Assembly (NCBI GenBank): GCA_002432195.1 | Contig: DJGG01000040.1 | Coordinates: forward strand, 19,392-59,141 | Source: Desulfobacteraceae bacterium UBA5852 | GTDB taxonomy: Bacteria > Desulfobacterota > Desulfobacteria > Desulfobacterales > UBA5852 | Length of the DNA: 39,750 nucleotides | Reading direction: 5' to 3' | Shown: positions 1 through 8,796 of the stretch, in pieces | Layout: each line of letters begins with the position of its first letter | How positions within the stretch are numbered: the stretch's first letter is position 1 | Notes under the pieces: model-generated | Database searches by the model: none | Seen by the model: the letters and a program-made list of their open reading frames with translations, nothing else | Told to the model about the DNA's origin: nothing | Position numbers and translations under genes: made by a program

Positions 1-1288
1 CGGGGGGTTGGCCCACCAGCACCAGGGCCCGCCGGTAGCCGGCCAGGAGACGGGCGGTGGCCGTGTCGTCGGGGCTTGTGGGCGGGCATTGGCGGCCCCG
101 GCCGTAGCCGGCGCAGCCGAAGCGGCACTTGACCCGGGCCCAGGGGGCGGTCGCCACGGACGCGGCCGGGATTTCCACGGCCCGGGCGAGTCCCAGGCCC
201 CGGGCCCGGTGGTCCCAGTTTTCCGGGTCCGGCAGGGGGCCCGGGGCGGCTTCCGGCCCCCGGGCCAGGATCACCGCGGAATCCGACGGCAGGTCGTGGA
301 CCGCGAGGCGGCCCCAGCCGGCCGCCGTGAGCCAATCCACGACGTTCTCCGCCCGGTGGCAGGCGCCCTGGAAGGTGTTGAGGAACATGTTGAGGTGATG
401 GGCGGCCCCCCGGGGCCCGCTCGCCCCGACCCGGTCCGGGAAGTAGTCGTGGACCAGCACGCTTCCTCCGGGGGCGGCCAGTTCAAGGGCCGCCCGGAGC
501 AGGTCCCGGGCTTCCGCCGGCCCGTAGGCGTGGAGAAAATTGCTCAGGATCACCAGGCCGAAGCCGGTGCCGGGCCGGAAGGGGGGTTGCCGGAGGTCGC
601 AAGCCACCCCGCAAACCCGTTGCCCGTCGGACGCTTCCGGGTAGAGGCGTCGGCCCGCGGCCAGGACCTCCGGGAGGTCGGCCACCACGGCGAAGGTCCC
701 CGGGGCCCCGGACACCAGGTGGCGGCTCAGGGCCCCGGCGCCGCCGCCGGCATCCAGGATGGGGCCCGACCAGCCGGCCGCCTGGAGCACCGGGGCGATC
801 TCCAGGGCCTTGCGGTTTAGGAGGCGGTCCTGGGCCCGGACATAATGCCAGTTGCGCTTGGCATAGTCGGCGGCCGCCGACAGGCGGACCGCTTTCAAGG
901 GGGCGCGGGACGCTCTTCCCGCCAGCTCCTGCCAGCGGGGCTGGAGGTAGCGGCGGTAGAGGAGAAAATCACCCAGGTAGGCGGGGCTATCGGGCACCAG
1001 GTGGCGCCGGGCCAAAGACGTGACGGACCAGCGCCCGGCATGCCGGAGCAGGAGACCCAGATCGGCCAGCACCGCCAGGAGCCGCGCCAGGGGTTCTGGG
1101 TGGCAGTCCACATCCTGCGCCAGCGCCTGTGTGCCGGCCTCCGCCCGGGCGAGGGCGGCGAAGATCCCCAGGTCCAGGGCCGCGAACAGGGCCTCGGAGT
1201 ACCAGTAGGCCGTGGCCAGGTCCTCCAGGTACTGGAAGTGCTCGTGGGCCGGGGGGGCCGGGTGGAAGCCGGGTCGGGGTACGTGCAT
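1..1288 (-). CDS. SAM-dependent O-methyltransferase (family-2 type: winged-helix dimerisation + class I MTase) fused to a C-terminal DUF2284-like Cys-rich metal-binding domain. Partial: the 3' end runs off the left edge.
   Basis: Hand translation of the minus strand from ATG (1288..1286): MHVPRPGFH..YWYSEALFAALDLGIFAALA.., SAM motif I ILDAGGGAGALS, then ..VKCRFGCAGYGRGRQCPPTSPDD... The frame stays open to base 1. It is absent from the ORF track because no stop lies in the window. Overlapping + strand ORFs (8..820, 845..1333) are low-complexity shadow frames. Confidence 0.8.
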   Translation of the reverse strand, partial: MHVPRPGFHPAPPAHEHFQYLEDLATAYWYSEALFAALDLGIFAALARAEAGTQALAQDVDCHPEPLARLLAVLADLGLLLRHAGRWSVTSLARRHLVPDSPAYLGDFLLYRRYLQPRWQELAGRASRAPLKAVRLSAAADYAKRNWHYVRAQDRLLNRKALEIAPVLQAAGWSGPILDAGGGAGALSRHLVSGAPGTFAVVADLPEVLAAGRRLYPEASDGQRVCGVACDLRQPPFRPGTGFGLVILSNFLHAYGPAEARDLLRAALELAAPGGSVLVHDYFPDRVGASGPRGAAHHLNMFLNTFQGACHRAENVVDWLTAAGWGRLAVHDLPSDSAVILARGPEAAPGPLPDPENWDHRARGLGLARAVEIPAASVATAPWARVKCRFGCAGYGRGRQCPPTSPDDTATARLLAGYRRALVLVGQPP

Positions 1289-1358
1289 GGCTGCGTCGCT
1301 TCCGTCTGGGGCCCGTGGCAACGTCGACCGTGATGCGGGCCCCGCTGCCGGGCGGGCC

Positions 1359-1397
1359 AAAAAAAATCCCCGAGCTGATAGCCTCATCAGCTCGGGG
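1359..1397 (-). terminator. Intrinsic terminator, likely the expression platform of the upstream cobalamin riboswitch
   Basis: On the minus strand, CCCCGAGCUGAU (1397-1386) pairs with AUCAGCUCGGGG (1379-1368) as a 12-bp stem with a 6-nt loop. It is followed by AUUUUUUUU (1367-1359). It lies between the riboswitch aptamer and the ATG at 1288. Confidence 0.75.
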
Positions 1398-1419
1398 ATT
1401 TACCATCTCCGCCAAGTGT

Positions 1420-1645
1420 GCCGGTATTCCGGTGCAGCAGGTCTTCTGACTTGTGGATCGTCCTACTCTCCGCGCCTTCCCGGGCCGTTTGGCGGCGGAC
1501 CAGTGGCTGCCTGCGGATTTCGTCCCCACGCACAGCGGCGGGACCGTGCCGGCCTGACCGGACTTCCCAATGACCGCGCGGCAGGCCTTGAGGTAGCCGG
1601 CCGCCGCCGGTCATGCTCCTTCGGGGAGCACCGCACCGGATGCGA
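1420..1645 (-). promoter_or_regulatory. Cobalamin (B12) riboswitch aptamer
   Basis: The minus-strand RNA reads ..GGUCAUUGGGAAGUCCGGUCAGGCCGGCACGGUCCCGCCGCUGUGCGUGGGGAC..GCAGCCACUGG..CCCGGGAAGGCGCGG..CACAAGUCAGAAGACCUGCUGCACC. These are the conserved core blocks GGGAA/GGU..CC..GC.G.CCCGCC.CUGU, GCCACUG and GGGAAGGC, plus the B12 box AGYCAGRAGACCUGC (plus-strand 1437-1451). Boundaries are approximate. Confidence 0.8.
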
Positions 1646-1656
1646 ACAATGCCCGT

Positions 1657-1686
1657 TGCATAGCCGATGACGGCCGGCCATGTCAA
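1657..1686 (-). promoter_or_regulatory. Candidate sigma70-type promoter for the riboswitch leader
   Basis: Minus strand has TTGACA (1686-1681), an 18-nt spacer, then TATGCA (1662-1657), placing a start just upstream of the aptamer. The -10 is imperfect. Confidence 0.35.
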
Positions 1687-1862
1687 GGCGCGCCGGGAAC
1701 CTGCCGGACGGCACCGCCGGGCCGCTTCCCATGCCGGTTTGAAAAGATGCCGGTATACAACTAAGGTCTTATCGACAGGCGCGTCCGTGATCCATAGGAT
1801 AACACCATGTCGACCTGCGTGCAGTTGCTTTCCTGGTCCAAATCCATCGATGGAGGCCAACC

Positions 1863-2426
1863 ATGCAAAAGAGCCTTTTTACTGGTTTGTGGGCTATACT
1901 GGCCGTGGCGCTGACGGTGCTGGTGTGCCCGCCGCCGGCCCGCGCGGGCACGGCCGGGGAGATCGACCGTGAAGTGGATGCCGCCATGCAGATCCTGTTC
2001 CGGGAAATCCCGGCCAGCCGGGAACTGGCCAAGGTGGCCAAGGGCATCCTGATTTTCCCGAACGTGGTCAAGGCCGGGTTCGTGGTGGGCGCCCAGTTCG
2101 GGGAAGGGGCCCTGCGCCGGGAAGGCAGGACAGCGGGGTACTTCAACACCGTGGCCGCATCTTACGGGATTCAGGCCGGGGCCCAGAAGTTCGGCTATGC
2201 CCTGTTCTTCATGACCGAGACGGGGCTGTCCTACCTGGACCGCAGCGAGGGCTGGGAAATCGGCGTGGGGCCCACCATCGTGGTGGTGGACACCGGGATG
2301 GCCCGATCCTTGAGCACCACCACGGCCAAGGAGGATGTCTACGCCTTTTTCTTCCACCAGAAGGGTCTGATGGGTGGCCTGGGGCTCCAAGGCTCCAAGA
2401 TCACCCGGATGACACCGGAGAAGTGA
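1863..2426 (+). CDS. Secreted SYLF/Ysc84 (DUF500) lipid-binding domain protein
   Basis: ORF track 187 aa. N-terminal signal peptide (..LVCPPPARAGTA), SYLF-like core ..AASYGIQAGAQKFGYALFFMTETGLSYL.., GGAGG RBS before the ATG. Confidence 0.8.
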   Translation: MQKSLFTGLWAILAVALTVLVCPPPARAGTAGEIDREVDAAMQILFREIPASRELAKVAKGILIFPNVVKAGFVVGAQFGEGALRREGRTAGYFNTVAASYGIQAGAQKFGYALFFMTETGLSYLDRSEGWEIGVGPTIVVVDTGMARSLSTTTAKEDVYAFFFHQKGLMGGLGLQGSKITRMTPEK

Positions 2427-2505
2427 ACCCCGGGCGCGCCCCCCGCCGGGGCGGCCGGCTCCGGGGCCGGGATTAATCCTGATCATCGACGGAAAGGAAA
2501 ACCTC

Positions 2506-3186
2506 ATGAAGCGACTTGCGGGATGCGTGGCGGTCATCGTCGTGGCGGCTCTGGCGGCCGGCTGCACCAGCTACCAGGGGGGCAAGCAGGCGCAGTTGTC
2601 GGGATTTCTCACCGATTACCCCGCCTTCGAGGAGGGGCGCGACGGGGTGGACAAGGCCTGGATCAAGCCCGGGGTGGACTGGAAGCCTTACGACAAGATC
2701 ATGCTGGACCAAGTGGTTTTCTACTTCAGCGACGCGTCCCAGTTCAAGGGGCTGACCTCGGATGAGGTGGCCGAATTGAGCGATGCCTATCACAAGGCCT
2801 TCTTCGACGCCCTGCAGGCGGGGGGCTACACCTTCGTGGATACGCCCGGCCCCGGCGTGCTGCGGATCCGCTCGGCCGTCACGGGGATCGAGAAGAGCAG
2901 TCCCGTGGCCAACACCTTCTCCACGGTGGTCCCCGTGGGCATGGCCGTCAACCTGGTGGCCAAGGGCGCCACCGGGGAGAACATCTCGGTGGGCAACACC
3001 ACCGCCGAAGGGGAATTCCTCGACGCCGCCTCGGGGGAGCGCCTGGCGGCCTTCGTGGATTTCCGGCCCGGCGGCAAGCTGGAAGGCTTCAGCGGCATCG
3101 GCCCGGCCAAGGCGGCCTTCGAGTTCTGGGCCCAGCGCCTGCGCGCCCGGTTGGACGAGGCGCGGGGAGTAAAAACCGGGAAATAG
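2506..3186 (+). CDS. Lipoprotein, DUF3313-like
   Basis: 226 aa. Lipobox LAAGC|T at the N-terminus, with size and texture typical of DUF3313 lipoproteins. The family call is from memory, not from a search. Confidence 0.65.
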   Translation: MKRLAGCVAVIVVAALAAGCTSYQGGKQAQLSGFLTDYPAFEEGRDGVDKAWIKPGVDWKPYDKIMLDQVVFYFSDASQFKGLTSDEVAELSDAYHKAFFDALQAGGYTFVDTPGPGVLRIRSAVTGIEKSSPVANTFSTVVPVGMAVNLVAKGATGENISVGNTTAEGEFLDAASGERLAAFVDFRPGGKLEGFSGIGPAKAAFEFWAQRLRARLDEARGVKTGK

Positions 3187-3305
3187 GCCCGGGGGAAGCT
3201 TTCCCGGGCAGAGGTGCGGATTCCCGATCCCCGCCGGTCGAGGGGTCGACGGCGGGTGGACGGGGGTCCGGTGGGGTGGGATCGGCATCCGGAAGGAGGG
3301 CAACC

Positions 3306-3797
3306 ATGCCTGGTAGTTGGCGCCTGTGGGCCACGGTATTGGCCGTCTGCCTGTCGGCCGGTACGGCCCTGGCCCAGGACATGATCGTGTTCCCGGCCAA
3401 GAACCAGAGCAACGACCAGATGGAGCAGGACAAGTTCGCCTGCTACTCTTGGGCCAAGGAGCAGTCGGGTTTCGACCCCATGGCGCCGCCCACGGCCACC
3501 TCGGCGCCGCCTCCCAAGGAGGCGCCCAAGGGGGGTGTCGTGAAGGGGGCGGCCCGGGGAGCCCTGGTGGGGGTGGCGGTGGGGGCCATCGCGGGGGATG
3601 CCGGCAAGGGAGCGGCCATCGGGGCGGCCTCGGGCGGTCTGATCGGGGGCATGCGCCGCAACGACCAGCGCCGGCAGGAGGCCGCCAACCAGCAGCAGTG
3701 GGAGCAGGACCAGGCCCGGCAGTCCTCCCAGAAGCGCAGCACCTACAACCGGGCCTTTGCGGCCTGCATGGAAGGCAAAGGCTACACGGTCAAATGA
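3306..3797 (+). CDS. Secreted glycine-zipper (YMGG-like) protein
   Basis: In frame with ORF 3276..3797. ATG at 3306 follows GGAAGGAGG. Has a signal peptide (..SAGTALAQD) and a Gly-zipper stretch GAARGALVGVAVGAIAGDAGKGAAIGAASGGLIGG. Confidence 0.75.
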   Translation: MPGSWRLWATVLAVCLSAGTALAQDMIVFPAKNQSNDQMEQDKFACYSWAKEQSGFDPMAPPTATSAPPPKEAPKGGVVKGAARGALVGVAVGAIAGDAGKGAAIGAASGGLIGGMRRNDQRRQEAANQQQWEQDQARQSSQKRSTYNRAFAACMEGKGYTVK

Positions 3798-3821
3798 CCG
3801 CTTGAAAGGGGGGCCACGACC

Positions 3822-4256
3822 ATGAGGCGATGGGTCATCGCACTGGTGCTGGCGGCGGCGTTCTGCGCGGCTTCCGGGTTGGCGGCGGCGGGGGATTTCG
3901 ACGGCTCACGCCCCCTGATGCTGGCCTTGTTCAGTGTCCAGGAATGCGCACCCGTTGAGGGGTGCCAGGCCGTGGACGTGGAAACGGCCGGGCTGCCGCG
4001 TTTCCTGCGCATCGACTTCGCGCAGAAGATCATCCGGCGGGCCGAGGGGCAGGGGGAGGGGCCCACCAGCGCCATCGAGCGCGTGGAAAGCGTTGGGGCG
4101 ATCCTCCACCTCCAGGGGGCCGAAGCGGGACGGGAGAACCTGGAGGACGGCTTCGGCTGGAGCCTGGCCATCGATCAGGCGAGCGGCCGCGCGGTGCTCA
4201 CGGCGTCGGGCCGGGAGGCCGGATTCGTGGCCTTCGGGGCCTGTCTGCCCCAGTAG
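3822..4256 (+). CDS. Small exported hypothetical protein
   Basis: 144 aa with signal peptide MRRWVIALVLAAAFCAASGLAAAG. Normal codon texture, co-directional and tightly spaced with its neighbours. Confidence 0.6.
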   Translation: MRRWVIALVLAAAFCAASGLAAAGDFDGSRPLMLALFSVQECAPVEGCQAVDVETAGLPRFLRIDFAQKIIRRAEGQGEGPTSAIERVESVGAILHLQGAEAGRENLEDGFGWSLAIDQASGRAVLTASGREAGFVAFGACLPQ

Positions 4257-4363
4257 GGGGAATCCGATCGGGGCCCGGGTTTCTATGGAGGTCACCGGCC
4301 GGTCCAGGGCCGCGGTGTTTTACCGCAAAGGGCGCCCGGGCCGTTAACGAGGAGGAATGCGGC

Positions 4364-6313
4364 ATGCGTACACTTCGTCGCCTGGAAATTACCGGGGCCA
4401 CCCTATTGGGCAGCGCTGCCGCTGACCCCGGGGCCATCGGACGCCCCCGGCGGGTGCAGGCGCACGCCCTGGGGGTGTGGCTCATATCCGGCCTGCTGTT
4501 GCTTTCCGGTTGCGCCACGCCCGTGGGCGTGAATCGCCTCGAGCCCCGAGAGGCTTACCGGGAATTGACCGCCAGCGTCCTTTCCAGCGCGAACCTGAGC
4601 GCGCCCACGCTGCAGATCATCAATCGCAACGGCCTGGCGGAAACTTACCGCAAGGACACGGCCGCAGCCATCGCCACCCTCCACCAGGGTCTGCTCGCGG
4701 CCCGGGAGGCCGACCGGCTCTTCGCCCTGGCGGAACTCTCCTTCCTGCACGCCACCACGAGCGGTGATCGCCGCTATTTCCTGTCCGCGGCGATTTACGC
4801 CCACGCCTTCCTTTTCCCGGCGGACCCGAGCCTGGACCCGGCGGCGCTGGATCCGCGCCTGCGAACTGCTGGCGATATTTACAACCAGGGGTTGTCCCGG
4901 GGTTTCACCGACCCCGCCGACGGGCGGGTGGTCTTTCAGGGCGGGTCTCACCCGCTGCCCTTCGGCCGCCTCGATCTGCGGGTCGACCCCGAGGAGTTCC
5001 GCTGGGGGTCCTATCGCCTGGTCCGCCTGGTGGACGCCACGCAGTTGCAGGTGCGGGGCTTGCGCAACCGTTATCGCTGGCACGGGTTGGGCGCCCCCCT
5101 GGTGGCCGAGTTGGAGTCGTTGCCGGATGCTGAAGAGCTCGCCTACGCCCGGGTGCCGCCCGCGCTGCGGGTCGCGGCCACCGCCTTCCTGCACCTGGAA
5201 AACGTCGCGGCGCGCCTGGCCAGCGGGCAACTGACGGGCCGACTTGCCCTCTACACCACCCAGGAGAGCACCCGCGTGGACGTGGGCGGCCGCCGGGTGC
5301 CCCTGGAGTACGGGCTGTCGGCCGCTCTGGCGAACACCCTGGAGGGTTCCCGGGCGTACCGCCTGGAGCTGCGGGGCCTGCTTTCCGGCGACCTCAAGCT
5401 GATGAAGGAAACGGCCCGCTTCAAGGACAACGTTTTCCTCATGGAACCCTACCGGCCGGGGCGGATCCCGGTGGTGCTGGTCCACGGCACGGCCTCCAGC
5501 CCGGCCCGCTGGGCCGAGCTGCTCAACGAGCTGCTCAACGACCCGGACCTCTGGGGGCGTTACCAGTTCTGGCTCTTCACCTACAACACGGGCAACCCCA
5601 TCCTCTATTCCGGTGGCCTGCTCACCGCCGGCCTGCGGCAGGTGGTCCAGGACCTCGATCCCGATGGTCGGGACCCGGCCTTGCGCCGGATGGTGGTCAT
5701 CGGCCACAGCCAGGGGGGACTGCTCACCAAGCTCACCGCCATCCGCAGCGGCGACCGCTTGTGGGACAATGCCTTCAGGGTCCCCCTGGACGGGCTGGAC
5801 GTGGGCCCGGAAACCCGGGAGCTGCTGCGGCGTTCCATGTTCTACGAGCCGCTGCCCTTCGTGCGCCGGGTGGTCTTCATCGCCACGCCCCACCAGGGCA
5901 GCTATGTGTCGGGGGGTTGGATCGGTCGTCTGACCAGCCGCCTGATTGCGCTCCCCCAAAACCTGGTCAGTCCCCTGACCGGTATCCTGCAGCGCTCCCC
6001 CGAGGCCCTGGTGCAACGTTCCATGAAGGACCTCCCCCGCAGCACCGACAACATGGACCCCCTCCATCCCTTCATCCGGGCTTTCGCGCCGATCCCCATC
6101 GCCTCGGGTGTTGCGGCCCACTCCATCATCGCCGTGGACAACCTGGAAGATCCCCGGGAGGAGTGGGAGGACGGCGTGGTGGCTTACAGCAGCGCCCACC
6201 TCGAAGGCGTGGCCTCGGAGCTGATCGTGGCCTCGGACCACTCCTGCCAGGCAACCCCCCAGGCCATCGAGGAGGTGCGGCGGATCCTTCGGGAGCACCT
6301 GCGGGAACCGTGA
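4364..6313 (+). CDS. Alpha/beta-hydrolase (lipase/esterase-like) lipoprotein
   Basis: In frame with ORF 3962..6313. I prefer ATG 4364 (GGAGGA upstream), and the upstream 134 codons look like shadow sequence. Lipobox LLLSGC, nucleophile elbow VVIGHSQGGLLTKL, and VVLVHGTASSP oxyanion-region motif. The start codon is uncertain. Confidence 0.75.
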   Translation: MRTLRRLEITGATLLGSAAADPGAIGRPRRVQAHALGVWLISGLLLLSGCATPVGVNRLEPREAYRELTASVLSSANLSAPTLQIINRNGLAETYRKDTAAAIATLHQGLLAAREADRLFALAELSFLHATTSGDRRYFLSAAIYAHAFLFPADPSLDPAALDPRLRTAGDIYNQGLSRGFTDPADGRVVFQGGSHPLPFGRLDLRVDPEEFRWGSYRLVRLVDATQLQVRGLRNRYRWHGLGAPLVAELESLPDAEELAYARVPPALRVAATAFLHLENVAARLASGQLTGRLALYTTQESTRVDVGGRRVPLEYGLSAALANTLEGSRAYRLELRGLLSGDLKLMKETARFKDNVFLMEPYRPGRIPVVLVHGTASSPARWAELLNELLNDPDLWGRYQFWLFTYNTGNPILYSGGLLTAGLRQVVQDLDPDGRDPALRRMVVIGHSQGGLLTKLTAIRSGDRLWDNAFRVPLDGLDVGPETRELLRRSMFYEPLPFVRRVVFIATPHQGSYVSGGWIGRLTSRLIALPQNLVSPLTGILQRSPEALVQRSMKDLPRSTDNMDPLHPFIRAFAPIPIASGVAAHSIIAVDNLEDPREEWEDGVVAYSSAHLEGVASELIVASDHSCQATPQAIEEVRRILREHLREP

Positions 6314-6334
6314 GGTGCGCCGCGCCTCGAGCGT

Positions 6335-7105
6335 TCAGGCGCCCCGCCGACCGAGGACAGCGTGGATGGCTTCCAGAGGCCCCTTTCGCGCACCGCCGCC
6401 CTCCACATCCCGCACCACCCGGAACCCCACCCGGGGGCTCCGGCGCTCCGGCGAGCTGAGGCTGCGGCTGGCGCAGCGGCAATACCAGTCCTCCGAGCCC
6501 CAGTCCCCGCCCCGCAGGGCCCGGGCCAGGCCGGTGCGGGGCCCCGGGGGGTGGCGGGCGGGGCTTGCGGCGTAGTAGTTCCGGTCGAACCAGTCGGCGC
6601 ACCACTCGTGGACGTTGCCGTGCAGATCGTGGAGTCCCCAGGCATTGGGGGCCAGTTGCCCCACGGGGTGGGTGGCCTGGCCGGCATTCCTGGCGTACCA
6701 GGCGAACTCGCCCAGCCGCGCCGTGGCGGAACCGAAGGCGTAGGCGGCGGTGGAGCCCGTCCGGGCGGCATACTCCCACTCCGCCTCGGTGGGCAGGCGG
6801 TAGGCCCGGGTGCCCTCCAGGCGGTTGAGCCGCTGGATGAAGGCCCCGGCATCCCCGTGGGAGACGGATTCCACCGGCCGGTCGCGGCCGGGAAACCCGC
6901 TGGGGTTGGCGCCCATCACCGCTTCCCATTGGGCCTGGGTGACGGTGAAACGGCCCATGTAGAAGGGTGACGCGAAGGTGACCGGGTGCCGGGGGGTTTC
7001 GTTCTCGTCGGCCTGTTCGGCCACGGGGTCCCCCCCCATGAGGAAGGTGCCGGCCGGCAGGAGCACCAGCTCCAGGCCGATGCTGTTGGTGAGGGTCTCG
7101 GGCAT
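6335..7105 (-). CDS. Formylglycine-generating enzyme (FGE/SUMF1) family protein
   Basis: ORF 6335..7270 trimmed to the internal ATG at 7105 (MPETLTNSIGLELVLLPAGTFLMGG..). Carries the FGE-sulfatase hallmarks RLPTEAEWEYAAR, GLHDLHGNVHEWC and RGG.W. Confidence 0.85.
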   Translation of the reverse strand: MPETLTNSIGLELVLLPAGTFLMGGDPVAEQADENETPRHPVTFASPFYMGRFTVTQAQWEAVMGANPSGFPGRDRPVESVSHGDAGAFIQRLNRLEGTRAYRLPTEAEWEYAARTGSTAAYAFGSATARLGEFAWYARNAGQATHPVGQLAPNAWGLHDLHGNVHEWCADWFDRNYYAASPARHPPGPRTGLARALRGGDWGSEDWYCRCASRSLSSPERRSPRVGFRVVRDVEGGGARKGPLEAIHAVLGRRGA

Positions 7106-7645
7106 GGGGGTCTCGCACGGGCAGGCGGGCGGCGGGGCGCCGCGGCCGCGTGCCCTTTGGGGGCCTTGTGGCGCCAGTATACGCGAAACCGCGGGTATGG
7201 CAATCCCCGGGCACGGGCAATGGACGGGAGGGCCCGGAGGCGGAGGTCTCCGGCCCTCGCCGGTTGCCACACCGCGCGGGCGCCCATATGGTGTGACTCA
7301 AGGGAAACGGCTCACCGCTCTTGAAACCCATTGTCAAGGGAGGCCGCACCGACCACCGGTAGGGGCGGCACCCGGAAACCGGAAGGCAGGATGGGAGGTC
7401 CTGCCTTTCACGCTGGTGCGCACGGCTCCTTCTGGGGGTGCCGGAGGCCCCTGTTGGTTTCGATTTGACTTCCCCCACGATTGCTGGCAATTCTGCCTCA
7501 TTCCGGTCCCGGCGGCTGCGGCCGTTGAGACGCCCGGTTCTTCCACGCTTCCAGTCCATGGCATCACCGCTGCCCAGGCCGACCGTCGTCCGGGGCGCTG
7601 GCGAGCCGTTCCATGGGCGGCGGACCAAATGAAAGGCCCCGAACC

Positions 7646-8770
7646 ATGAGCAAGCTGTTCCAACCCAGTGCGATCAACGGGATGACCCTGGCCAACCGTT
7701 TCGTCCGCTCGGCCACCTGGGAGGGTCTGGCCGCTGCCGACGGCGGGGCCACACCGGAACTGGTGGCGGTCCTGGCGGCCCTGGCGGCCGGCGGCGTGGG
7801 CCTCATCGTCACCGGCCACGCCTACGTGCGGCCGGACGGCCAGGCCGGCCCCCGGCAGTTGGGGCTCCACGCGGACCGCCTGCTGCCCGGCCTGCAGGCC
7901 ATCACCGCCGCCGTGCACGGGGCCGGGGGCCGCATCGTGGCCCAATTGGCCCATGCCGGAACCTTCGCGGCGGAGAATCTTACGGGCACGCCTCCCCTGG
8001 CGGTGTCGGCCTTTGAAGGCCTGGCCGGTACGCCGCGGCGGGAGATCGCCCGGGAGGAGATCCCCGGGCTGGTGGCGGCCTACACCGCCGCCGCCCGTCG
8101 GGCCAAGGCCGCCGGCTTCGACGGGGTGCAGATCCACAGCGCCCACGGCTACCTCCTGAGCCAGTTCCTCTCGCCGGCCTTCAACCGGCGCACCGACGAA
8201 TACGGCGGACCGATCTACAACCGGTGCCGGATCCACCGCCAGATCCTCGCGGGCGTGCGGGAGGCCGTGGGGGAGGCCTACCCCGTGCTGATCAAGATGA
8301 ACGGCCGCGACCATGTTCCGGGAGGGCTCGAGCTGGAGGATGCCCTGGAGACGGGCAGCGTCCTGGCGGATGCGGGGCTGGACGCCATCGAGTTGAGCGG
8401 GGGGCTGCTCACCGGCGGCAAGCTCTCCCCCAGCCGCACGCGCATCTCCTCGGAGGAGAAGGAAGCCTACTTCCAGGAGGAGGCCCGGGCCTTCCGGGAA
8501 GAGATCGACATCCCCCTGATCCTGGTGGGGGGCATACGCTCTTTCGAGGTGGCCGAGCGGCTCGTCAAGAAGGGGCTGGCCGACTACATCGCCATGAGCC
8601 GCCCCTTCATCCGGGAGCCGGGCCTGATCGCCCGCTGGAAGGCCGGCGACCGCCGCCGGGCGGTCTGTCGTTCGGACAACCTTTGCTTCCGGCCGGGCCT
8701 GGCGGGGGATGGCGTCTATTGCGTCACCGCCGCCGCCGAGAAGGCCTCGAGCCCAGGTGCTCCGACCTGA
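7646..8770 (+). CDS. NADH:flavin oxidoreductase, Old Yellow Enzyme family
   Basis: ORF 7613..8770 trimmed to ATG 7646 (MSKLFQPSAINGMTLANRFVRSATWEG..). Motifs AQLAHAG, FDGVQIHSAHGYLLSQFLSP..N.RTDEYGG, and a C-terminal Cys-containing tail. Confidence 0.9.
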   Translation: MSKLFQPSAINGMTLANRFVRSATWEGLAAADGGATPELVAVLAALAAGGVGLIVTGHAYVRPDGQAGPRQLGLHADRLLPGLQAITAAVHGAGGRIVAQLAHAGTFAAENLTGTPPLAVSAFEGLAGTPRREIAREEIPGLVAAYTAAARRAKAAGFDGVQIHSAHGYLLSQFLSPAFNRRTDEYGGPIYNRCRIHRQILAGVREAVGEAYPVLIKMNGRDHVPGGLELEDALETGSVLADAGLDAIELSGGLLTGGKLSPSRTRISSEEKEAYFQEEARAFREEIDIPLILVGGIRSFEVAERLVKKGLADYIAMSRPFIREPGLIARWKAGDRRRAVCRSDNLCFRPGLAGDGVYCVTAAAEKASSPGAPT

Positions 8771-8796
8771 AGTGGCGCCGCAATGAGGATCAAGGC

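Noticed and set aside
8-1333. Long + strand ORFs (8..820, 845..1333 and overlapping ones) at the left edge
   Set aside because: They are Arg/Pro/Gly/Ala-rich low-complexity translations typical of off-frame reading of high-GC DNA. The minus strand gives a clean O-methyltransferase/DUF2284 protein with recognisable motifs.
3962-4363. N-terminal 134-codon extension of the alpha/beta-hydrolase ORF
   Set aside because: It overlaps the preceding exported-protein gene in another frame and is Gly/Arg/Pro-rich. A good RBS plus ATG at 4364 precedes the lipoprotein signal.
4403-6298. 631-aa minus-strand ORF. Similar giant antisense ORFs are 19321..21471, 24170..25990, 35004..36731, 37722..39227 and 7334..8314.
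   Set aside because: Each lies exactly antisense to, or out of frame with, a gene that has clear family motifs (hydrolase, hsdM, hsdR, nitroreductase/glycolipid-binding, SBP, OYE). Each has shadow-frame composition (very high Gly/Arg/Pro/His/Val).
7480-7500. Sigma-54-like TGGCA..GC element (TGGCAATTCTGC) in the 540-bp FGE/OYE divergent spacer
   Set aside because: The GG-to-GC spacing is about three nucleotides shorter than the TGGCAC-N5-TTGC consensus requires.
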